The notes under the pieces: model-generated
Told to the model about the DNA's origin: nothing
The model's database searches: none
The model's input: the letters and a program-made list of their open reading frames with translations, nothing else
Translations under genes and position numbers: made by a program
Assembly (NCBI GenBank): GCA_965372795.1
Contig: CBDVDR010000004.1
Location: 128,001-192,000, forward strand
Origin: an uncultured bacterium
Lineage (GTDB): Bacteria; Zixibacteria; MSB-5A5; GN15; FEB-12
Length of the DNA: 64,000 bases
Reading direction: 5' to 3'
Shown: piece by piece, positions 48,921 to 56,996 of the stretch
Position numbering within the stretch: the stretch's first letter is position 1
Layout: every line of letters starts with the position of its first letter

Positions 48921-50055
48921 TAATATTACAAATATCGGTTTTATCATCGACACCATCAAGACCCCGTCTGCCGGAACTGAAAAACAGTTACTGATGCTTC
49001 TGGAAAATTTAGATAGAACCATATTCACACCGCATTTAATTTGTCTCAAATCATCTGAATGGCTAAAACAATCAACCTTGCCCTATCCGGTGCATATTTT
49101 GGAAATGCCTTCCTTAAGATTTTCAGAATTTAGAAATGGTTATCGAAGTTTCAAACAATATTGCCAAAAAAATAACATTGAACTAATTCAAACTTATTTT
49201 AGAGATGGCAATATTTTCGGAACTATCGCCTCTCATTATGCCAAAATTAAATATTTAATTTCCAGCCGAAGAAATCATGGCGGCGGTCATTGGCATAACT
49301 GGAAATGGCTCTTCATTCTAAAACAATTGCGTCGCTGGACAACTCTATATATTTCAAACTCTGAAAATGTAGCCGAATATACCATCAGAGCTGAAAAGGT
49401 TTCGCCGGACAAAATTATCACCATCATGAATAGCATTAAATTCGACCGATTTCAGAAAATATCGCCAGAGCTACGCACAGAGATTAGAAACGAACTAAAA
49501 CTAAACGAAGATGAATTATTAATCGGGTTGGTTGCTAACTGGCGGGAAGTAAAAAATATCCCCCTCTTTCTTCAGGTTGCTGATAAATTAAAAAAGAAAT
49601 ATGCTTCAACAAAATTTATTGTTATAGGTGTTCCTCCTTCTGAGACAGAACTAAATAACACCTTAAATAAATATAATATAAAAAATCATATCTACTTTAT
49701 TGGTCCCAAACCTGATATTATTCCCTATCTCTCTGCCTTTGATATTGGTATTTTGTGTTCTAAAGCTGAAGGACTGTCAAATTCAATTATTGAATATATG
49801 GCGGCTGGGATTCCGAGTGTCGTCTCGCGGGTCGGCGGAAATCCGGAAGCAATAGGACAAAATGCCGGAGGGTTGGTATTTGAAAGTGATTCTATTGAAG
49901 ATTTTTATGAAAAACTTGAAATTATGATAACTGATTCGAAACTAAGAGCCCAATTAGGTCTTTCAGCCAAAAAATTTGCAAATGAAAATTTTGAGTATCG
50001 AAATATCGTAAAAAAATATGAAGATGTTTTTACAAAGCTACTTAATCATAAATAA
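48913..50055 (+). CDS. Glycosyltransferase family 4
   Basis: AGTEKQL, VANWREVKN, SKAEGLSNSIIEYMAAG, GGNPE. Confidence 0.92.
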   Translation: MNNNITNIGFIIDTIKTPSAGTEKQLLMLLENLDRTIFTPHLICLKSSEWLKQSTLPYPVHILEMPSLRFSEFRNGYRSFKQYCQKNNIELIQTYFRDGNIFGTIASHYAKIKYLISSRRNHGGGHWHNWKWLFILKQLRRWTTLYISNSENVAEYTIRAEKVSPDKIITIMNSIKFDRFQKISPELRTEIRNELKLNEDELLIGLVANWREVKNIPLFLQVADKLKKKYASTKFIVIGVPPSETELNNTLNKYNIKNHIYFIGPKPDIIPYLSAFDIGILCSKAEGLSNSIIEYMAAGIPSVVSRVGGNPEAIGQNAGGLVFESDSIEDFYEKLEIMITDSKLRAQLGLSAKKFANENFEYRNIVKKYEDVFTKLLNHK

Positions 50056-50072
50056 GTTTTAGAGGTTGCTAT

Positions 50073-50654
50073 ATGCGTGAAACAGTAAAAAAATTAACCC
50101 GATATATCGCTGCCATAATTATCTCACCATTTATTTTATTTGCCTGGATTGGCAGAGTCTTATTCCGTACGGAAGCGATGTTTACATTTTGTGGTCAACT
50201 GATTAGTATGATTCCTGATCCTTTTGGAATCTTTTTCAGAGTCGCTTATTATATGTTTACAATTGATCAATGTCCCTATGACGGCCATATCATGTTTGGA
50301 GCAATAATCTCAAAGAAAAATACTAAAATAGGTAGAAACTATATTATTGGAGTCAGATCGATTCTCGGTTTGGTCGAGATTGGTGATAACACAGCTATCG
50401 CACACGATGTACATATCATGTCTGGACGAAGACAGCATAATTTTGAAAATACAGATAAAAGCATTATTGATGGTGATTCAGTCTTCACCTGTACTCACAT
50501 TGGGCACAACGTCTTTATCGGAAATGGTTGTATTATTATGGCTGATATTGGAGATTACTGTATAATCGGAGCCGGGTCGGTGGTTGTAAATCCAATTCCT
50601 CCATACAGTGTTGCTGCTGGAAATCCTGCAAAAGTAATAAAATCCAGAAAGTAA
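50073..50654 (+). CDS. Hexapeptide-repeat (LbH) acyltransferase
   Basis: IGHNVFIG, IIGAGSVV, AAGNPAKVI. Confidence 0.9.
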   Translation: MRETVKKLTRYIAAIIISPFILFAWIGRVLFRTEAMFTFCGQLISMIPDPFGIFFRVAYYMFTIDQCPYDGHIMFGAIISKKNTKIGRNYIIGVRSILGLVEIGDNTAIAHDVHIMSGRRQHNFENTDKSIIDGDSVFTCTHIGHNVFIGNGCIIMADIGDYCIIGAGSVVVNPIPPYSVAAGNPAKVIKSRK

Positions 50655-50680
50655 TTTTCTAAAATATCAAAGTGACAATG

Positions 50681-51403
50681 TCACTTTTTCCATCGAAAAA
50701 GATCATCTGGTTTAAAATAGGCATGAATAGCAAAAAACAGTAACCCGAACGCCATCAACAATTCCCTGACCTCAGTAGCTGCATCATCGGTAAGAATTTC
50801 ATAATAATACTTTTCAAATAAAAGACTACCCACAAAAAAACCAACGTATGCCAACGGCAAGACTGGGATAGAAAATTTCTGAATCAGCTCTCTACCTTTT
50901 TCAAAGAGTGAAATGCCCGGCAGTAACATCCCTACAATCAACATAAATATTGACAGTAACCGGTGTGTATTCCACGCTGTTTCACCATCCTGGATTTGTG
51001 ACAGATTATGAAGGTTAAATTCACCCTGGGAATTTAATTCTTTAATAGCTTCAGGAGTTTCAAAATGGAAATACCATTGTCCCCAACTGGCTTCCTCACC
51101 CATAAAAAGAAACATTAATGCAGCCCATGCGAACATAAAGAAATATTGAATTTTCCCATCTTGGGATTTTAAAAATTCACTCCGTCGGGCACCAAGAATA
51201 AATCCAACACAGGATAATCCCAAAAATATCGCGGTGAGAATTTCAACTAAACCATCTTCATAACAATTTCTTCCAAGGGTTGACGGACTAACCTCTGCCC
51301 ATATTATGAAAACAATTATTATCCCCGCAGCAATCAGATTTCCAAAAAGAAATTGCCTGAGATCAAAACTATTCATTTTAGTGAATTTATCAGTATTCAT
51401 CAC
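50681..51403 (-). CDS. Uncharacterised multi-pass membrane protein
   Basis: About 6 TM segments with polar motifs EDGLVE, GEEASWGQ, NSQGEFNLHN and EVRE. Confidence 0.75.
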   Translation of the reverse strand: MMNTDKFTKMNSFDLRQFLFGNLIAAGIIIVFIIWAEVSPSTLGRNCYEDGLVEILTAIFLGLSCVGFILGARRSEFLKSQDGKIQYFFMFAWAALMFLFMGEEASWGQWYFHFETPEAIKELNSQGEFNLHNLSQIQDGETAWNTHRLLSIFMLIVGMLLPGISLFEKGRELIQKFSIPVLPLAYVGFFVGSLLFEKYYYEILTDDAATEVRELLMAFGLLFFAIHAYFKPDDLFRWKK

Positions 51404-51663
51404 TTTCCCTTTATTGTCATATGAATGATATTAACAATAGATTTGTCGGCATTTCAACACAAGTTTTAAATCATCTTACCCTGTTTGAAATATATACACT
51501 GTCCATAAATTTAACACCACATATATCGTTGCAATTCCATGCTTTACACAAATTAAAAGCATCTTTTGAACTAATTCAATTATCCGGCTGTTACGCCATT
51601 CCAGACTAAAGTTATAACCCTAAGGTATTACCAAAGTTACAACAACGCTTTTTGATAATATTC

Positions 51664-51679
51664 GGGCATTAAAGATGCT
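51664..51679 (+). promoter_or_regulatory. Possible sigma-54 promoter upstream of 51762
   Basis: GGGCATTAAAGATGCT: GG-N10-GC with GGCA at -24. Confidence 0.4.
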
Positions 51680-51761
51680 AAATAAAGTATAAATATATGG
51701 AGAAAAGTTTTGAAATTGACGTTATTACTTTATAAGCAGAAAACAACCTTATAAAGTTAGA

Positions 51762-52946
51762 ATGGTTTTTTATATGAATTTGACAAAATCTAAAATCATT
51801 ATATCTCTTGCTCTTATATTATTAATAGGAGTAACAGGTGTCAGCTTGATAGTGAAGAAAAAAAATTATGACATCTGGCTGTGCGATTATTATTTTAATT
51901 CGACCTCAATGCCTGAAACAGATGGTGTGGTTGATATTATATTCTTATGTGTAGACCATTGGGAACCCGGTGATAATGAGGAATCTGTTAATCGCTGGAT
52001 GTCAGGATTCAGATCTTTAGCCGATTTGCATATTGACAGCGATGGCGAAAAACTTAAACATACCTTTTACTACCCGATAGAACATTTTCGCGGCTATCAA
52101 GTTGACAGTCTGGTGCAATTATGCTCAGAAGGCTACGGTGATATTGAAGTTCATCTTCATCACTTTAATGATTCTTCAGAATCCCTAAGGCAAAAATTTA
52201 TAACTGGAATAGATTCACTTCAAAGCCACGGTGCGCTTATTTCTGAAAACGGAGAAACACATTTTTCGTTTATACATGGAAATTGGGCACTGGATAATTC
52301 TCATAAAACAAAAGAAGGTGTTGAAATATGCGGCGTAAATGATGAAATCAATATTTTATTGGAACTAGGGTGTTACGCAGATTTTACTTTCCCGTCTCTT
52401 CAGGAAACCTCACAGCCTTCATTTATAAATAAAATTTATTATGCGACAGACGACCCAAATGCACCAAAATCTTACGATACTGGTGAATTGAGCCGTAAAG
52501 GACTTGTGACTAACAAAAGTCAATTAATGATTTTCCAGGGACCTCAGGCAATAAATTGGTCTGATTGGAGATTCAAAACTCATCCAACTATTGATGACGG
52601 CAATCTTTACAACGAAATGAAGCCCGATTTTGATCGTTTTGAGCTCTGGAAAGATGTTGGAATCCATGTCCAGAATGGACCAAGTTGGGTCTTTATTAGA
52701 CCTTTCACACATGGTTGTGACAGAAGAAGTGAAAGTATTGAGGCTAATATTGGGGAATCAATGGATAAAATGCTTTCTGAAGTTGAGAGAAAGTACAGAG
52801 ATAATGAAAAATTCCGATTACATTATGTAAGCGCCAGAGAGGCGTATAATATAGTTAAAGCGGCTGAAAAAGGTTTAGATGGCAATCCTAATCAGTATCG
52901 AGATTTTGTTATCAAACCTTATTTATACTCCGCTAAAGATTTCTAA
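51762..52946 (+). CDS. Membrane-anchored hypothetical protein, possible polysaccharide deacetylase-like metalloenzyme
   Basis: N-terminal TM; VDHWEP, EVHLHH, FIHGNWALDN, YADFTFPS, FTHG motifs. Confidence 0.6.
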   Translation: MVFYMNLTKSKIIISLALILLIGVTGVSLIVKKKNYDIWLCDYYFNSTSMPETDGVVDIIFLCVDHWEPGDNEESVNRWMSGFRSLADLHIDSDGEKLKHTFYYPIEHFRGYQVDSLVQLCSEGYGDIEVHLHHFNDSSESLRQKFITGIDSLQSHGALISENGETHFSFIHGNWALDNSHKTKEGVEICGVNDEINILLELGCYADFTFPSLQETSQPSFINKIYYATDDPNAPKSYDTGELSRKGLVTNKSQLMIFQGPQAINWSDWRFKTHPTIDDGNLYNEMKPDFDRFELWKDVGIHVQNGPSWVFIRPFTHGCDRRSESIEANIGESMDKMLSEVERKYRDNEKFRLHYVSAREAYNIVKAAEKGLDGNPNQYRDFVIKPYLYSAKDF

Positions 52947-52961
52947 TTCGGAGGTTAAAGA

Positions 52962-55900
52962 ATGAAGTCATATATGACTGGAATAAATCAGAAAATTCTT
53001 ATTTGTTTTTTCTCTTTATTTCTAATTACAGTAATTAGTTCAAACGTAGCGGGTGTAAATACTGCCCCCGAGACATGGAATGATTGTGCCCCGCAAAATC
53101 AGGTTACTATTAATTCATTGCCATTTACACTTAGTGAATCAAATACCTGCTATCGCCTTGAATCTGATCTTTACTCACCCACCAATGGTATTTTAGTCCG
53201 CGGAGGCGGATCAGGTGCGGAAAATATCACACTGTTTCTAAACGGATACTCTATCTATTTCGGTACTGCCGGCGGTGATAACAATTACGGTCTGCAATTC
53301 TATGGCAATCATGATACCGATGGCTACTACTGGTTAAGAAATGTTAGAATTGTAGGTGACAATGGTGCCATTCACCATCTGCCATCCGACACTACGGCTG
53401 ATAGAAATATGTGTTTCCAATTCGTAGGCGGATACAACATTAATATGGAAAATGTAAATGCCCGAATTGCCGGTTTTAACGGACACATTTCAAAAAGGAT
53501 TTCTGGCGGTTATAGCGCTTACAATATTGAAATAGCCGGCGGAACCTGGACAAGTGATGTAACTGCTTATGCAAGTCGTTGTCAAATGGATGGGGCTATT
53601 TTTAAAGGTAGAGAATCAGGAATGGGTGAACCGACTTTTGAGTATAATTGGAAAATTCATGATATAACTGTTACTAACGGACCGGGACAGGGATTCACTT
53701 TTGGCGGGCTATCATATTTTTATGACAACAATATAACTATTGATGCAAGAAACGATTTTTACACATACCCTTCCGGTGGTACCTGCCTGGGAACTACCAA
53801 TAGTGCTGCTCTGCTTCTCAGTCGACTTGCTGGAGGAAGTGAAATTCGTGATAATGTTATTCGAGCCGGATCCAACTATGCCGGTTGTGATCTGGGAATG
53901 CTGGTTGAAATTTCCAAAGGAACTGCGGAAAACCCGGTAGAAATTTTTAACAACGATATAGAACTTCATCGTGGCAATGAGGCTTATTACGGGACTATGA
54001 ACTGCAAAGGGATTAAAACTCGTTATCACAATATGCACGTAAATATTCATCATAATAATATTAAAATTCAGATCGGTAATACCGGACACTCAGCTTACGG
54101 ACCCGATGGAGTCGGACTGGAAATTCTCAGTTATAACGATGCCGGCAGTGATTTTGGCGACGGAAGAGAACCCGACAGTTTTGTTGTCTATGAATATAAT
54201 AATATTGAAATGCAGGCTATGGGAGGAGACTTCGACGAAGCCCGTAGCGTACGGTTGGCTCTTTCTGAAAAAAATGGACATAACTGGTATAATGCCGGTA
54301 ACAGAGTTCAATATAATCGCTTAAAATCCTGCTTTGATATCTTCTGGGTTGGTGGTTTAGATAATGGCGGAAGATGTTTTGATGCCATGCTCAATAACAA
54401 TACTATTGAATTTGACGAAACTAATTGGGGCAAACCAAAGTATGTTTATCATCTTGGCTGGAATGGCGGAGCTGAAAGAAATATCGCCCGTGACAATCTC
54501 TTTGTAGGTCCAGTGGCCGATATCGCAGCTAACCCGGCTGATTTAGTAAATACCTGGATGTCGGGAGATGCCGGCGAAAGAGATCTCTCGCTTGAAAGAA
54601 CTTTAACTATTAAAATCCTTGGTAATAACGACTCGTTAATAACCGATGTCCCGGTTACTGTTACAAATAATTACAACGATGAGGTTATAAATTCAACTAG
54701 TGGATCAATTGGTTATGCCCGAGATGTTGTAAAATATTATCGTGAATTTAGATATCTGTCTGATTCAACTAATTATAATCCCTTTAATATCAGCGTCTCA
54801 AAGGGCGGACTGACAAAAGATACAACAATTTATGTCAACTGGGACACTCCAATTCTTGAGTTAATTCTCAACACCGCCGGTACTGTTGATACTACAATCC
54901 CGGCTATTGATACCATCCTCCCTCCTCCGGCTGCCGACACAAGTATTGCAGACACGATTCCTCCCGCACAAGTTGAAGACCTTGGGGTTTTACCCGGTAC
55001 AATTGACGGAGCCGTTGTGCTCTCATGGACTGCTGTTGGTGATGACGGCTTATCCGGAACAGCCGATTATTATTTAATCAGATATTCTGAATCAGCAATT
55101 ATAACCGAATCAGATTGGGATGCTGCCACAGTTATCAGCAATTTGAGAACTCCTGCTGCAAGCGGCACACCGGAAACTTATGCTACTTTGAATTTACCGA
55201 TTGGGCATGAGCTGTATTTCTCGGTTCGAGCTGTTGATGATGCCGGATTAGAATCCGATATTGTATCAGCCTCGGGATTTACCCGAGGTATCCAGACACC
55301 CATTGTCTCGGTTGAATCAATGGTCATTGACACTCTTATCGGAGAGGTGACCTTCTACGCCGAAACAGTTCCATCATATTTAAACATTTATTATGAATTC
55401 GTACTGGATACCGATAACTCTTTTTCAAATATTACAACGGTTACTGACTCAAACGCTGTCGGAGCTTTTTCAATTGTAACTTTCACCGGCTTGCAAAACG
55501 ATCAAATTTATTATTACCGAGTTAGAGCGACAGCTGATGATTTATCAATCCTGTCGGCCTGGTCGCCTACTCTTGCCTTTTCAATGACAGGCGGAGTTAT
55601 TAACCAGCCACCTTCCGCTCCTTTGGCTGATTCACCTATTGATGATGATATTATCACTTCCACAACTCTCACCCTCTCGGTTTTAAACAGTACCGATCCG
55701 GAGAGTGATTTGTTGACGTATGATTTTGAGTTATACGATGCAAACTCTGCAAACCTTATTGAATCAGCTATTGATATTGCCGAAGGTGATTTAATTACCT
55801 ACTGGGATGTTCCTGATAATCTGCTTCAGCTCGACAGCACTTATACCTGGCATGCCCGGAGTTTTGATGGTGAGGCTTTCTCCAACTGGTCGCCTTTTTA

Positions 55901-56195
55901 TAGTTTTTCAATAGTGATCGTAGGAACGGGTACAATCGCCGAACAGATTGTATATCCATATCCTAATCCGGTTAGTTTTGCACAGGGACAGACCGCAACT
56001 TTCACCCTCCCGGATTCCCCCAGCGATCTATTAATCCAAACAATTGCCGGTGAAACCGTAGTTCTGGAAACCGGTGTTTCTGGAAATTATTTCTGGGATG
56101 GAAAAAATGAATCTGGATTCGAAGTTGCAATGGGCGTCTATTTATGGTATGTAAATGGAAATGCTTTCAAAGGCAAGATTATGGTCAAACCATAA
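52962..56195 (+). CDS. Large secreted protein: beta-helix-like N-terminus, FN3/Ig domains, T9SS/FlgD-like C-terminal domain
   Basis: Signal peptide; repeated IxxNxI parallel beta-helix pattern; WTAVGDDG FN3 repeat; YPYPNP...WDGKNESG..VAMGVY tail. Confidence 0.8.
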   Translation: MKSYMTGINQKILICFFSLFLITVISSNVAGVNTAPETWNDCAPQNQVTINSLPFTLSESNTCYRLESDLYSPTNGILVRGGGSGAENITLFLNGYSIYFGTAGGDNNYGLQFYGNHDTDGYYWLRNVRIVGDNGAIHHLPSDTTADRNMCFQFVGGYNINMENVNARIAGFNGHISKRISGGYSAYNIEIAGGTWTSDVTAYASRCQMDGAIFKGRESGMGEPTFEYNWKIHDITVTNGPGQGFTFGGLSYFYDNNITIDARNDFYTYPSGGTCLGTTNSAALLLSRLAGGSEIRDNVIRAGSNYAGCDLGMLVEISKGTAENPVEIFNNDIELHRGNEAYYGTMNCKGIKTRYHNMHVNIHHNNIKIQIGNTGHSAYGPDGVGLEILSYNDAGSDFGDGREPDSFVVYEYNNIEMQAMGGDFDEARSVRLALSEKNGHNWYNAGNRVQYNRLKSCFDIFWVGGLDNGGRCFDAMLNNNTIEFDETNWGKPKYVYHLGWNGGAERNIARDNLFVGPVADIAANPADLVNTWMSGDAGERDLSLERTLTIKILGNNDSLITDVPVTVTNNYNDEVINSTSGSIGYARDVVKYYREFRYLSDSTNYNPFNISVSKGGLTKDTTIYVNWDTPILELILNTAGTVDTTIPAIDTILPPPAADTSIADTIPPAQVEDLGVLPGTIDGAVVLSWTAVGDDGLSGTADYYLIRYSESAIITESDWDAATVISNLRTPAASGTPETYATLNLPIGHELYFSVRAVDDAGLESDIVSASGFTRGIQTPIVSVESMVIDTLIGEVTFYAETVPSYLNIYYEFVLDTDNSFSNITTVTDSNAVGAFSIVTFTGLQNDQIYYYRVRATADDLSILSAWSPTLAFSMTGGVINQPPSAPLADSPIDDDIITSTTLTLSVLNSTDPESDLLTYDFELYDANSANLIESAIDIAEGDLITYWDVPDNLLQLDSTYTWHARSFDGEAFSNWSPFYSFSIVIVGTGTIAEQIVYPYPNPVSFAQGQTATFTLPDSPSDLLIQTIAGETVVLETGVSGNYFWDGKNESGFEVAMGVYLWYVNGNAFKGKIMVKP

Positions 56196-56196
56196 T

Positions 56197-56931
56197 TTAC
56201 TTATAATTATTTAATAATTCCAGTAATCCTTCGGTAAGGACTTTATATCCTTCATCATTCAAATCTATCGGTCCGCTCGATAAATTCTGCCTTAAAAATG
56301 GCTCTTCGTCTGACAGCAAATCATTAAAATCAAAAAGAATTAATTTATTTGTAAAACAAAATTCTTTTATCCAGTCATTATAAACCTCAAGAGAATCCAC
56401 CATCGAATAACCATCCAATGTATCCGCCCCCTTAAGCAAAGGAACGGTTGTTGTGAGAATCGGTTTTATTTTGTGGTAACGGGCAAGCTCTGCCATCGAG
56501 CTGACATAATCTTTGATTTCACTTATCTGACTGTATGGTCGAAAATTGTACGAACTAACTTCGATCAGCACATAATCAGGCTCCAGATCAATAACATCCG
56601 GCTTAAACCGCAACAGAAAACCGGCAATTCTTTGGTGGCTCAACCCCCGGTTTATGATTTCATATTGTCCGCCGGTATCATTTATCTGCCACCTCTCAAT
56701 AGTCTGAGTTCCAAAAAGTACCACTCTATTGCCATTATTGGGCTGATTTTTTAAATAAATATTATCTTTGTAATAAAATGATCGGCCTGAAAACTCATCT
56801 ACAATATTAGTATATTTATCAAGATATAGATTTATATGGCTGCGGTATTCCAAAGCCTTATTCCCGACATAAAAAATCGCTATATTTCCAAGCAATGATA
56901 CGATCAGAACTATTTTCCATTTTCTCTTCAT
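56197..56931 (-). CDS. SGNH/GDSL-fold protein with degenerate catalytic motifs; start likely 56931
   Basis: N-terminal TM; VVLFGTQT (for GDSxT), INRGLSHQ, RFKPDVIDLEP, GPIDLNDEGY (for DGxHxNxxGY). Confidence 0.75.
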   Translation of the reverse strand: MKRKWKIVLIVSLLGNIAIFYVGNKALEYRSHINLYLDKYTNIVDEFSGRSFYYKDNIYLKNQPNNGNRVVLFGTQTIERWQINDTGGQYEIINRGLSHQRIAGFLLRFKPDVIDLEPDYVLIEVSSYNFRPYSQISEIKDYVSSMAELARYHKIKPILTTTVPLLKGADTLDGYSMVDSLEVYNDWIKEFCFTNKLILFDFNDLLSDEEPFLRQNLSSGPIDLNDEGYKVLTEGLLELLNNYK

Positions 56932-56996
56932 AACCGAAAATAAAAATAGACAACGCAGCAAACAACTACAATATTAAGATTGATAATTGAAAATTA

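Noticed and set aside
51421..51609. Stand-alone 62-aa ORF in the divergent intergenic region
   Set aside because: No RBS or recognisable motif; it overlaps putative promoter elements of both flanking genes.
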